Assembly (NCBI GenBank): GCA_942492115.1
Contig: CALODL010000002.1
Span: forward strand, 242,803-306,802
Origin: an uncultured Planctomycetota bacterium
GTDB lineage: Bacteria > Planctomycetota > Phycisphaerae > UBA1845 > CAIVHJ01
Length of the DNA: 64,000 bases
Direction of reading: 5' to 3'
Shown: in pieces, positions 18,391-28,268 of the stretch
Layout: every line of letters starts with the position of its first letter
How positions within the stretch are numbered: the first letter of the stretch is position 1
The notes under the pieces: generated by a model
The model's input: the letters and a program-made list of their open reading frames with translations, nothing else
Database searches by the model: none
Told to the model about the DNA's origin: nothing
Translations under genes and position numbers: made by a program

Positions 18391-20179
18391 GAGGCCACCT
18401 CCCGAATGCGGCGGGCAGCGTCACGAGCGCGATCGACCAGCCCATTGTCGGTGCCCACTGTTGCGTCGTCCGGCGCATAGACCACGACTTCGCATTCCGC
18501 CAGCAAGTCGTCGATTGCCGCCGACCGTGCCGCTGGAACCTCCGCCAGCATGGAGCGCAGTGCCGCCGCAACTTCCGCGGCTGCTTGGCGGGGGGGTGCG
18601 TGCCCGCTTCGGCCAGGCGTCCTGCGGCGGCAGCGAGCGTCTTGCGGCGTCGCAGAATCGCCGGATCGATATCCGCACGATGTCGCAGAAAGATGGCCAT
18701 GGCCAGGGTCAGCAGCGGAACGCCGTAGAGTCCGACCAGCACGATGCGGTTGCCCCAGGGTTGATGGTGCGCGGCCAGTAGTTCGGTTCCCGTGGCCAGG
18801 CTGAGGTCCGCGCCGGTCAATGTAAAGGTCGGGCGCTCGGTCGGCGTTGCGGGCGCGGAGGGGCCGGCGGTCGGCTCGGCAGCCGTACGGTCGTTGACGC
18901 CAACGGCGTCGCGCGCCGTGACCACCTCGCCTTCGCGGACAGCCAGCGCGATGGGGCGCGATCGAGTGGTCTGGTAGGTGCCGCTATCTGCGTCGAACCA
19001 GCTGTAGGCGATGCCTGGAATCTCGTCGACGTCGGCGTTGCGTACACGGACCTTGGTCGTAAACACCTTGCTGCCGTCCTCCTGCACGATACCGGCTGTC
19101 GTTCCGGTGGGCAGACTGAACAGTTCAGGTGACAGTCCGTTGTCGGCCTCGAGATCCGGCAGGCCGGCGGCCTCGAGATTGCCCTCGCCGTGAAGGGTGA
19201 TGGTCAGTGTGATGGGGTCGCCGACCTGAACGACCGTACGGTCTGCGGTCACATCTATGGAGAATCCCTTGCCAACGGCGCCAGCGAAGCTTTGCGGTTG
19301 ACCCGCCCGAGGCATCTCACGAACAACGAGCGTACGGGGTAGATCACGGGCGCGTACCTTCTCGTACTGCGGGCGACGGCGTGGAAAGAGGCTCGAGCGA
19401 TCGCGCGTCCACCCGACGATGCGTCCCGCAGTGATACTGGCGGTCCCGAGATCGAATTCACCGGTTTGCAAAGGGACCATTACACGCTCCGCCGAGAGCA
19501 CGATGTATTGCTGGCCGTCAAAATCCCGGCGGCCGATGTCGACCTTGAGTTGGATATCGCCGGCATCACTTGGAAAGGTCAGTGCATTGTCTCCACGTTC
19601 AGCGATCTCGTCGATGAAATTGAAGGCCGAACCCTGAAAGAACAATGGAATCGAGAAATCGTAACTTGGTTCGCTGAGCATGCTCTCACGCTCGGACTCG
19701 AGCACCCACCATTCCACTCGAATCGGGACGCGCTGGCCGACGTAGACGGGTTTGTCCGGCAAGACCACGCGCAAACGCATGCCGTCGAACAGCTCGACGT
19801 CTTTGACGACGATGCTCGTCGTGCGACTCGTGACGTCCGTGCCGTTCTGGCTGACGGTGAACGGTCCAATGCGGTAACGACCCGGTTCATCGGCAATGAA
19901 CGTATAGCGGAATGATTGTGTCGTGGTTACGGTCTTACGACCATTGATGATAGTGATGTTCTGACCGGTTCCGTAGATACCCTCGTAGGTCAGCGTCCCG
20001 CGCTGTGGTTGGGGCGCTGTGCACGTCGGAGCGGGATTCGCATCAAAACCAGATACCGCGATCTCAATGACGATGGGGACACCCGTGTAGTAGGGCGCGC
20101 GCGACATCCGCAGGTCGGCCTGCTGGCCGAATGCCGTCGTGACACAGAAGAGTAATGCCCATGGAGCTGCGGCGCGCAT
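18338..20179 (-). CDS. BatD-like oxygen-tolerance protein
   Basis: 613 aa. Signal peptide, repeated beta-sandwich segments (GRYRIGPFTVSQNGTDVTS...) and a late TM helix (IVLVGLYGVPLLTLAMAIFL). Position in the operon is after the VWA proteins. Confidence 0.65.
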   Translation of the reverse strand: MRAAAPWALLFCVTTAFGQQADLRMSRAPYYTGVPIVIEIAVSGFDANPAPTCTAPQPQRGTLTYEGIYGTGQNITIINGRKTVTTTQSFRYTFIADEPGRYRIGPFTVSQNGTDVTSRTTSIVVKDVELFDGMRLRVVLPDKPVYVGQRVPIRVEWWVLESERESMLSEPSYDFSIPLFFQGSAFNFIDEIAERGDNALTFPSDAGDIQLKVDIGRRDFDGQQYIVLSAERVMVPLQTGEFDLGTASITAGRIVGWTRDRSSLFPRRRPQYEKVRARDLPRTLVVREMPRAGQPQSFAGAVGKGFSIDVTADRTVVQVGDPITLTITLHGEGNLEAAGLPDLEADNGLSPELFSLPTGTTAGIVQEDGSKVFTTKVRVRNADVDEIPGIAYSWFDADSGTYQTTRSRPIALAVREGEVVTARDAVGVNDRTAAEPTAGPSAPATPTERPTFTLTGADLSLATGTELLAAHHQPWGNRIVLVGLYGVPLLTLAMAIFLRHRADIDPAILRRRKTLAAAAGRLAEAGTHPPAKQPRKLRRHCAPCWRRFQRHGRRQSTTCWRNAKSWSMRRTTQQWAPTMGWSIALVTLPAAFGRWPRDCSVLDACAPWGTIEQ

Positions 20180-20181
20180 GA

Positions 20182-23100
20182 TTACCAGTCCTTCTCCACG
20201 GGATCATATCGCCGACTCTGTTTCTGATCACGTTCCGCACGGCGCTCGGCTTCACGATCGCGCAGTCCCTGGAGCAACTGTGCGAGGTTTTGCTGGGCCT
20301 GCTGGTCCTGTTGCTCCTCGGGCTCCTCACCCTGTTGTTGCTGTTGTTGTTGCTGGTTCTGCTGGTTCTGCTGGTCCTGCTGTTGCTGCTGCTGCGGGGG
20401 CTGTAACAACTGGATGGCCTCAACCAGCTGTTCAAGGGCCGTACGTTGGTGTGTTCCAATAGCATCGAATTCCGGCGTCACTGCAGTCAGGTCCACGCTG
20501 GCTTCGTCCATCTCGCCGGCAGCCGAGTAGACCAGCTCAGCTGCGCGGGCAAATTGTTCCTGCATTTGACGCAGCTGTTCCGGGTCCGGGGCTGCGCCGC
20601 CGCCTTGTTGAGCCTGGGGGTCAGCTGTCGATTGCTCTGCAAGCGCCGCGGCGATCTGATTCGAAATGGCTGACAGTCGTTCCTGGCGCTCCGCGAGTGG
20701 TGCGACGACGGTCTCTTGCGCTGCGGTCAGCGCGGCCGTTTCCGTGGTATCATCGTACAGTTCACCTTGACGCCGTGCCGTTTCCTTGAGGTGTTCGATG
20801 AGTGTGAAGAACAACTGGCGCAGTTGCTCGATCAGCTCGATCGAGCGGTCGACTCCCGCATTCGCGCCCTCCATGAGGGCGGGGATGTCCTCTTCGTCGA
20901 GCGTTGTGGTCTGTTCGAGCAGGGTGCGCGTTGCCTCCATGTGCTGCAGGGCCTGATCGGTCAATGTAACAGCCATCTCGAGGCGCTGGCGCTCGGCTTG
21001 ATCGGCCGACGGTTCGGCGGGAGCGGATGCAGGATCGGGTTCTGCGGCTGCCGGCAATTCGGCAAGGCTGTCCGACAGCATGGTCTTGAGTCGCTCGGCC
21101 CGTTGGATGTCCTTGTCTTGAAGCGGCAGTCCGCTGGCGATACGGTCAGCCAGTGGCACCTCGATCTCAGCTTCACCGGGCGCAGCCAACACCTGTTGAA
21201 GTTGGACCTGTGCGGCGTAGAGCACTTCGATGAGGCCTTTGATGTCGAGGAAGTATTCGCGTGCGGCGATGAGTGCTTCAAGACCTTCCACCTGGCTGGT
21301 GACCGCGTCACCAAGCTGTTCGGAACCGAGATAGGTGGCCGCCGCGCGCTCTGCGGATGCGGCAAGCTGCAGCGCAGGCAGTGCTTCGGTGATTTGATCC
21401 AGGAACTTCTGAGTGTCGGGATCGATCTCGGGAGTGGCCGCCGCGGGGTCCTCGGCGTGCTTGACGCCGCCTTCGAGCCGCGCAGTAAGTTCTTCGGTCC
21501 GATCGGCGAGGTCCTCCTGGGCGTCGAGCACATACTTGTTATCGAGCCACGTGGGCAGTGCTGGTCGCGCCTCAACGGAGGTGTCGGCCAGGGAGGCCCG
21601 CTGAGAAGCCTCGAGTCGGGCAGTTTCCTGCAGCGTACCGTTGGCATCGTTCATGATGGCGGTCAGAATGCTGATGGGGTCACGCAGCTGATCGCGGGCC
21701 CGCTTCAATTCCCGCAAAGCAGTGGCCGCACGACGACTGGCGCGCGCGCTGCGTTTTTGACGCAATTGACGCCGGGTTTGCCCGAGGCGCTCGCTGCTCC
21801 GATGGAGGTAGTGCAGCAAAGCGGTCAACTGCGCGGAGCGGACCTGCTCTTCGGGGGTTCTTTCTTCTTCGCTCTTGGCCGTGATGCTGTCCTGCTCGGC
21901 GCCGGCATCCTGGACGACGCCGGCAGTGTCCGACAGGATGTGCCGTTCGGCGCTGGCCAGGCCACGGTATTCGTCGCGCAGTAGCTCGCTGTCGCCATCC
22001 AATGAAGCGGCGCGTTCGTTCAATGCACGGATGTGCACCAGGAATGTTCGCTGTCTGTCAATGAGCGCGTCAATGCGCTTCGCCAATTCTTCATCACTTT
22101 GATCGCGCAACGAATCGGCAAGGGCCAACGCTTTGCGCAACACGACTTCGAGGTTGTGTCGTGGAGCCTCTTCTTCCGGGCGCAGGCGTACAGCATCGCG
22201 GAACCAGTCTGCAGCCGTTTGCAGGGCGACGAGGGCTTCCTCGGGATTGTCGTCGAGCAGCGTATCGTGCTTCTTGACGTACACCCAAGCCAAACTGTAG
22301 GTCGCGCGGTAGCGACACGGTCCGTCGGCACCCGCTGCGCGACGTGCTGCGGTGAGAATGCGTTCTGCGTCGTCGAGCGCGCCATCTTCGAGATGCTTGC
22401 GGCCCAGGTTGTACGCCGTGCGCGGATCCTCGGGAATGTCGGCCGGCTCAGGTCTTGCGGTTGTCGCGGCCGGATCCTCTTCTCCCTCAGGCACTGTCGG
22501 AGACACCGCCGGTGGTGATGGAGGAGGCGACTGCACCGCTTCGGCCCGCGGGCATACGGCGGCCATGAGCACGACAAGCAACACGTGGTGCGGGGCGCGG
22601 GCGCGCCCACTGGTGATACCAACCGCCGCGACAAGGACGATCAATGCAATCAGGATGGCCCACTGGAAGCCGTCCTGGTGCACCAGCCGACCGCGCCCGT
22701 CGAGTTGGCCGCGGGTCAGTGGGGCGAGCAGGTCGCGGTAGATCGAGTCGAGATCGAGAACCCCCGTCCCAGCCGGGATGTAAGCCCCTTCGGTTTCGAG
22801 AGCGATGTCGCGCAGCGTGTCACCATCGAGACGCGAGATCACCGGGGTGCCATTGCCGTCAGTCAGTCGTTGGCGCGCACCGCTCTGAGGATCCGTGACC
22901 ATGACTTCGCTGCCTTCTTCAGAACCAAAGCCCACGGTGAAGATCTTGACGCCGCGTTCGGCGGCCTTCTTCGCCGCCTCGACGGGAAAGGAGTCGTGGT
23001 CCTCTCCGTCAGTGATCAGCAGTATGGCGCGCGAAACGTCTCCTGCGCCGCCGAAGCCATTCACCGCTTGCTGGATGGGCGCTGCCAGATTGGTTCCGCC

Positions 23101-23607
23101 ACGGCTGACGCTACGTGGCCCGGCTTCTTCGAGCACCATGCGCAGAAAACCGAAATCGGGCGTCAACGGGCACAGCACGGTCGCCTTGCCGGCGAAAGCG
23201 ACCAGGCCGACGTGGTCGCCGCGCAAGTAGCTCAGCAGGTCGAGGATCTCGGCTTTCGCCCGGTCGAGGCGCGTGGGCGTGGCATCCTCGGCCAGCATCG
23301 ACTTGGAGACATCGAGGCAGATCATCAGTTCCGTGCCTGCGCGCGGCGTGGCTTCGTAGGTGGCGCCCCAGCGCGGCTGGGTCAGGGCTGCGAGTAACAG
23401 CATGCAGGTCACGCCCAGAAGCACGATGCGGCCGAGTCGACGGCTGCGCGAAGAGCGTGTGACCAGGCGCGCTTGCATGGTGCGCGAGCAGAACCGCTCG
23501 AGGATGTTCGAACCCCGCCGTTCACACGCGAGCAGGATGGCGACAAAGACCACGACTGCCCACACACCATGCAGCCACGCCGGCGTGGCCAGGTGAAACC
23601 CGCTCAT
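20182..23607 (-). CDS. BatB/BatC-like VWA + TPR protein with a very long coiled-coil extension and a Gln-rich C-terminus
   Basis: N-terminal double TM, then a VWA domain with MIDAS motif (LDVSKSM...). A TM helix, a TPR-like segment and about 650 aa of Ala/Glu/Leu/Gln-rich helical sequence follow. 1141 aa, versus about 340 aa expected for a canonical BatB. Start overlaps the batA stop (ATGA). Confidence 0.7.
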   Translation of the reverse strand: MSGFHLATPAWLHGVWAVVVFVAILLACERRGSNILERFCSRTMQARLVTRSSRSRRLGRIVLLGVTCMLLLAALTQPRWGATYEATPRAGTELMICLDVSKSMLAEDATPTRLDRAKAEILDLLSYLRGDHVGLVAFAGKATVLCPLTPDFGFLRMVLEEAGPRSVSRGGTNLAAPIQQAVNGFGGAGDVSRAILLITDGEDHDSFPVEAAKKAAERGVKIFTVGFGSEEGSEVMVTDPQSGARQRLTDGNGTPVISRLDGDTLRDIALETEGAYIPAGTGVLDLDSIYRDLLAPLTRGQLDGRGRLVHQDGFQWAILIALIVLVAAVGITSGRARAPHHVLLVVLMAAVCPRAEAVQSPPPSPPAVSPTVPEGEEDPAATTARPEPADIPEDPRTAYNLGRKHLEDGALDDAERILTAARRAAGADGPCRYRATYSLAWVYVKKHDTLLDDNPEEALVALQTAADWFRDAVRLRPEEEAPRHNLEVVLRKALALADSLRDQSDEELAKRIDALIDRQRTFLVHIRALNERAASLDGDSELLRDEYRGLASAERHILSDTAGVVQDAGAEQDSITAKSEEERTPEEQVRSAQLTALLHYLHRSSERLGQTRRQLRQKRSARASRRAATALRELKRARDQLRDPISILTAIMNDANGTLQETARLEASQRASLADTSVEARPALPTWLDNKYVLDAQEDLADRTEELTARLEGGVKHAEDPAAATPEIDPDTQKFLDQITEALPALQLAASAERAAATYLGSEQLGDAVTSQVEGLEALIAAREYFLDIKGLIEVLYAAQVQLQQVLAAPGEAEIEVPLADRIASGLPLQDKDIQRAERLKTMLSDSLAELPAAAEPDPASAPAEPSADQAERQRLEMAVTLTDQALQHMEATRTLLEQTTTLDEEDIPALMEGANAGVDRSIELIEQLRQLFFTLIEHLKETARRQGELYDDTTETAALTAAQETVVAPLAERQERLSAISNQIAAALAEQSTADPQAQQGGGAAPDPEQLRQMQEQFARAAELVYSAAGEMDEASVDLTAVTPEFDAIGTHQRTALEQLVEAIQLLQPPQQQQQQDQQNQQNQQQQQQQQGEEPEEQQDQQAQQNLAQLLQGLRDREAERRAERDQKQSRRYDPVEKDW
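20287..20394 (-). repeat. CAG/CAA-rich tract encoding a poly-Gln segment
   Basis: Encodes PPQQQQQQDQQNQQNQQQQQQQQGEEPEEQQDQQAQQ near the C-terminus of the BatB-like protein. Confidence 0.9.
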
Positions 23608-24626
23608 GGCAGCCTCCGGAGATAGGTCGCCGATGTCAGTCCGGCGAAGGTAATGCAGGTGAGCGCGGCCAGGACGAACGGCATGAAGTATTCTGTGTAA
23701 TTGAGGTAGCGCACTTCGACAATCTCCGTTCGTTCGAGTTCGTCGATCTCGGCGACGATGTCGCGGAGGGCGTCACCGTCGGTCGCCCGGTAGTACCTGC
23801 CGCCGGTGCGGCTTGCGATCTGTTTGAGCGTGTCTTCGTCGATCTCGACGCGCGTTCGCTGCATACGTTTGCGACCGAACATGTCTTCGCCCTCGACGAG
23901 TGCAAAGCCAGTGGTGCCCGCGCCGATCGTATAGACCTTGATGTTGTGAGCCACGGCGAGCTCAGCGGCTTGCGCCGGCGGGATTTCGCCCGCATTGCTC
24001 ACTCCATCCGTCAACAGGATCGCCACCCGTGAGTGGGCCTCGTGTTCGCGCAATCGTTCGACGGCCAATGCCAACCCTTCGCCCATGGCGGTGTAGTTGC
24101 CCTCGTCACCCTCGCCAATCTCGAGCTGGTCCATGATGGCCAACAGGTTGAGGTGATCGAGGGTCAGCGGGCACAGCCCGTCGGCATATTTTGCAAAGCT
24201 GACCAACCCGATGAGGTCGTCCGGTCTGCCTGTGTAGTCCCCCTTGCCGGCGACGAAATCGCGGAAGACCTGTTTGACCGCATCGAGCCGGGTGCTGGGC
24301 TCGTCCTCGAGCTGGAGATCGAGGGCGCGCATCGAACCCGACCTGTCGACCACCATGCAGACTGCTATGCCCTCGCGTTTCACCCGGGTCGTCGAATCGC
24401 CGAGCCGTGGGCGGGCCATGGCGATGGACATTGCTACCGTGGCCAGAGCCAGCAGCAGCGGGGGGACGCGGGTCATGCGGGCTTTCAATGAACGTGGGGC
24501 GCGCTCGACGATACCGAGAGTCGAGTAGGTCACCAGCGCGGGTGTCCGGACGGCGAGCCAGTAGACGACGGGCGCGGCCAAAGCAGCCAACAGGAACCAT
24601 GGGTCGCGCATGCTCCATTCAGACAT
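23604..24626 (-). CDS. BatA-like VWA domain-containing membrane protein
   Basis: N-terminal TM pair, VWA with MIDAS motif (VVDRSGSM...), a conserved ILLTDGVSNAG and a C-terminal TM. The start is chosen at the ATG with a GGGAG SD 7 nt upstream. Confidence 0.8.
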   Translation of the reverse strand: MSEWSMRDPWFLLAALAAPVVYWLAVRTPALVTYSTLGIVERAPRSLKARMTRVPPLLLALATVAMSIAMARPRLGDSTTRVKREGIAVCMVVDRSGSMRALDLQLEDEPSTRLDAVKQVFRDFVAGKGDYTGRPDDLIGLVSFAKYADGLCPLTLDHLNLLAIMDQLEIGEGDEGNYTAMGEGLALAVERLREHEAHSRVAILLTDGVSNAGEIPPAQAAELAVAHNIKVYTIGAGTTGFALVEGEDMFGRKRMQRTRVEIDEDTLKQIASRTGGRYYRATDGDALRDIVAEIDELERTEIVEVRYLNYTEYFMPFVLAALTCITFAGLTSATYLRRLP

Positions 24627-25647
24627 GGGCGGTCTCCCGCGACGGCCCCGATGTGTTGACCTCTTCATCGATCAACGGGGCATCGGTTCTGGTATCTTCG
24701 AGGAAGCGCTTGGCGCTGTTGATGGATTGCTCGATCTCATTGTCTCCGGGGTGGATGTGGGCAAACTTTACGAGGTCCGCGCCGCGCAGGAAATCGCGCA
24801 GCAGCTGGCGGTGCTCAATCGAGAAGTCCGGCGATGTTCCGGCAGCCTCGAGGAACTCCTCAGTAGTGAACTCGGGCGCCCTGACGTCGTAGCGATTCTC
24901 GATGTAACGGCGAATGATCCGGGTCAACGTCACGAAGAATGTGTCAATGGCGTCGTTCTGCGGGAGGCCACCGGACAACAGGGCATCCAGTTCCGCACGA
25001 GCAATTTCGTATGCGTTCCGTCGCCGCGCCCGCTGGCGCCAGCGGTTGAATGCGCGGATGATAAACGGTGCCGCGACCAGTGCTGCGGCCACCAGTGCGA
25101 TCGTTACAGGCCACCGCGCTGCGGAGGCTGTACTCCGTGGCGGCAGTGGTTCGAGCAGGCCGATCAGTTCCGGCGCCGCGCCGGCGGGCAACACCGATTG
25201 GACGGTGAAGTCCAGCCGCTCCGTGAGCAGCTCGTACGCGTCTTCGTCCTCGGGTGCCGCCTGCCGGCCGGCGCGGTGGTCGACGAACTCCACGAGGATC
25301 GACGGGATACTCTGTTCGCCTGACAGATGAGGCTGCAAGGTATAGCGTTGAACGGCAACGGTGCGGTTGCGGTCGTCGAGCTTCTCGGGCACCGGTGTGA
25401 AGTTGATGATGCTGAAACGATCGAGGTCGGCGCCGAAGTCGGGCATGATCAGCTCGACACCCGGTTCGGCGGTCACTTCCAGAGTGAAATGCACGGGGTC
25501 GCCGATCAGCGGTTCGGCCGGTTCCACCCTTACGATCGCCGTGACCGGACCCACTTCGGTGGTTTTCTCGAGCCCAGAACCAAGTACGGGGTATCCACCC
25601 GCACACGCTGCCAGGTACGCCGCACGAATCCAGACGCTGCGGTTCAT
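24619..25647 (-). CDS. Bat-operon membrane protein (BatD-like N-terminal beta-sandwich + DUF4381-like C-terminal domain)
   Basis: Signal/lipobox-like N-terminus, one central TM (WPVTIALVAAALVAAPFII), and a C-terminal ...TTEEFLE...LLRDFLRGADLVKFA... pattern typical of DUF4381. Start overlaps the DUF58 stop (ATGA). Confidence 0.5.
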   Translation of the reverse strand: MNRSVWIRAAYLAACAGGYPVLGSGLEKTTEVGPVTAIVRVEPAEPLIGDPVHFTLEVTAEPGVELIMPDFGADLDRFSIINFTPVPEKLDDRNRTVAVQRYTLQPHLSGEQSIPSILVEFVDHRAGRQAAPEDEDAYELLTERLDFTVQSVLPAGAAPELIGLLEPLPPRSTASAARWPVTIALVAAALVAAPFIIRAFNRWRQRARRRNAYEIARAELDALLSGGLPQNDAIDTFFVTLTRIIRRYIENRYDVRAPEFTTEEFLEAAGTSPDFSIEHRQLLRDFLRGADLVKFAHIHPGDNEIEQSINSAKRFLEDTRTDAPLIDEEVNTSGPSRETAHV

Positions 25648-26598
25648 CGGGCGCCCCTCCGCTCACGCATGCGGAAGAACCGGACCAGTGGATCGACCAC
25701 TGATTTGGCGGCATCGATGTGGATGAAGTCGATCCCGGAGGCGGTGAAGGAGGAACGCAGGGCAGCGACACGCTCGTGGGCCATGCGGGCGAATTCGCGA
25801 CGAAATGCGGCCGAACTGGTATCGACCAATCGTTGTGATCCGGTTTCGGCGTCCGCGAGGTTGATCAGTCCGACATCTTCGATGTCCAGCTCGCGCGGAT
25901 CGGTGATCAACACCGCGATCACGTCATGTTTGCGATTGGCCATACGCATCGCCTCGACGTACCCGTCGTCGAGGAAGTCGCTGACCACAAACGTCACCGT
26001 TTTTCGAGAAGTAACGGACATGAGGAATTCCATGGCGCCGGAAATGGATGTTGCTTCGCGCTGACCACGCAGACGGCGATTACCGAGCGCTCTCCACCAG
26101 CCGCCGAGGCGTTTCCGGGGGGCGCTCCGGTGTGTCGAGGCCATGGGCCAGAACTTCGCGCACGACACGCAGGGCGTGTTTCTGACCTTTGCGCGGCGGG
26201 ATGAAGCCTTCGATCTCGCCATGGAACAGTGTCAACCCGACCTTGTCATCGTTGCGGATGGCCGAGAAAGCCAGCAGTGCGCAGAACTCCGCTGCGGCCT
26301 CGCGTTTCGATCGCGTTGTTGAGCCGAAGTCCTGCGACGCAGAGACGTCAGCCATGAGCATCAGCGTCAGTTGTCGTTCTTCAACGTACCGTTTGATGTA
26401 AGGTTCGCCGACCCGCGCGGTGACGTTCCAGTCGATGCTGCGCACGTCATCGCCCGGCACATAGGGGCGGACCTCGTCGAATTCCATGCCCCGGCCTTTG
26501 AATACTGATACATATTCGCCCGCCAGTACGTCGGCCACATGGCGGCCGGTACGGACCTGCACCTCTCGTACACGTCTGATGATTTCCTTGGCGATCAT
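25644..26598 (-). pseudogene. DUF58 (MoxR-associated VWA-like) gene interrupted by a frameshift
   Basis: The N-terminal 172 aa (FKGRGMEFDEVRPYVPGDDVRSIDWNVTAR..., MADVSASQ) sit in one frame (26598-26080). The conserved C-terminal part (...TVTFVVSDFLDDGY...DVIAVLITDPRE...) sits in the +1 frame (26222-25644). A 6-nt G/C homopolymer at 26117-26122 lies in the overlap. Confidence 0.7.
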
Positions 26599-26659
26599 TG
26601 CTTCAAACCGGTATGAGATTTTACATTACGACTGCACTACGCCGGAGATGTGACCATGC

Positions 26660-27649
26660 TTACGGCACGGGCACGTTGTCCAGAATGACCTTGAGCAGGT
26701 CGTCCGATGACTTGCCTTCGGCTTCGGCCTCGTATGAGACGATGATGCGATGGCGCAACACATCAAGTGCGAGGCTCTTGACGTCATGCGGGGTCGCGTA
26801 GCTGCGGCCCTGTAGAAAGGCGTGTGCTTTCGCGGCCTTCATCAGGCTGATCGAACCGCGCGGGCTGGCTCCGGTTTCGATCATGCCCTCCAACTGTGCG
26901 ATCCCGGCTTCCAGGGGATCGCGCGTGGCGTGGACGACGTCAACGATGTAATCGCGGACCTTGTCATCGACGAACACCTGATCGACGACCTTGCGGGCAG
27001 CGAGAATGTCTTCCGGGTTGCATACCGGGCGAATGTCAGGCGTGCTCTGGCTTCCGGCCATTCTATCGATGACTTTGCGTTCTTCGTCACGTGAGGGGTA
27101 CCCGATCTTGACCTTGAGCATGAAGCGGTCGACTTGAGCTTCAGGCAGAGGGTAGGTGCCTTCCTGCTCGATCGGGTTCTGCGTGGCCAGGACGAGGAAC
27201 GGTTCTTCCAGGCGGAAGGTTTCCTTGCCGATGGTGACCTGGCGTTCCTGCATGGACTCGAGCAGGGCGGCCTGGACCTTGGCCGGCGCGCGGTTGATTT
27301 CGTCGGCGAGAACCAGATTAGAAAAAATCGGTCCTTTCTTGATGCTGTAGGTGGCCTCTTTGGGGTTGAAGATCTCTGTCCCGAGCACGTCTGCCGGCAG
27401 CATGTCCGGCGTGAACTGGATCCGGGAGAACCCCGTATCGATCGCGCCGGCCATCAGGCGGACGGTCAGGGTCTTGGCCAGGCCCGGAACACCTTCGAGC
27501 AGGACATGGCCCGACGACAGGATGCCGACCAGCAGCCGGTTGACCATCATGTCCTGGCCGACCAGAACCTTCGAGACCTCATTGATCAGATTCGAGCCCA
27601 ACTGGGCATGCCGGGCCACTTCGTCGTTCAGTTGTTGCGTTGCAGTCAT
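26660..27649 (-). CDS. MoxR-family AAA+ ATPase
   Basis: Walker A LLEGVPGLAKT, Walker B VLADEINRA, QVTIG and a conserved C-terminal lid region. First gene of the Bat-type operon. The start is placed at the internal ATG (MTATQQL...). Confidence 0.9.
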   Translation of the reverse strand: MTATQQLNDEVARHAQLGSNLINEVSKVLVGQDMMVNRLLVGILSSGHVLLEGVPGLAKTLTVRLMAGAIDTGFSRIQFTPDMLPADVLGTEIFNPKEATYSIKKGPIFSNLVLADEINRAPAKVQAALLESMQERQVTIGKETFRLEEPFLVLATQNPIEQEGTYPLPEAQVDRFMLKVKIGYPSRDEERKVIDRMAGSQSTPDIRPVCNPEDILAARKVVDQVFVDDKVRDYIVDVVHATRDPLEAGIAQLEGMIETGASPRGSISLMKAAKAHAFLQGRSYATPHDVKSLALDVLRHRIIVSYEAEAEGKSSDDLLKVILDNVPVP

Positions 27650-27849
27650 TGCACCGTTCACTCTCTGTCTGGTTGTTGATCCACAAGGGTTTACGTGTGC
27701 TTGAAAGGTCCCAGAAAATAGCACACGCGCCTTCCAGACGCAAGCCGGCGGCGGATCCTGTCAAACAGGTCCCAGGGTCGGTCGCGGCGTACTCCCATAA
27801 CGACAGGCCGCTGACACTGCTCCCACGGGGATCGTATGTTTGCACCGGC

Positions 27850-28218
27850 ATGAAAGTTCTCATCGTGGACGACGATATTGGTATGGTCAAGCTTCTGGCC
27901 GCATTCGTGGAGTATTGCGGGCACGACAGTGCGTATGCCCTCGATGGTGCGAGCGCCCTCGAGCGCTTCCAGGAGTCCGCGCCGGACCTCGTGCTGATGG
28001 ACATCATCATGCCCCTGGTCGACGGTGTGGCCGCTGCCCGCCGTATCATCGACCTCGACCCCGACGCGGATATCGCCTTTATCACCGCAATGGGGGACTA
28101 CCCCACCGACATGCCTGCGGACCTGCGTGAGCGGGCGGCAATTCTGTCCAAGCCGGTGACCCTGGCTCGCTTGCGGACCCTGCTCGAGGCTGCGGAGTCC
28201 CGGCAGACCTCCCGTTAG
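27850..28218 (+). CDS. single-domain response regulator (CheY-like receiver)
   Basis: MKVLIVDDD..., phospho-acceptor context DLVLMDIIMP, and a conserved T (FITAM) and K (LSKP). 122 aa. Confidence 0.85.
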   Translation: MKVLIVDDDIGMVKLLAAFVEYCGHDSAYALDGASALERFQESAPDLVLMDIIMPLVDGVAAARRIIDLDPDADIAFITAMGDYPTDMPADLRERAAILSKPVTLARLRTLLEAAESRQTSR

Positions 28219-28268
28219 TGACACCTGCCGAATTGCAGTATTATTGAGGCTTCAAGACAAGGAGCCTC

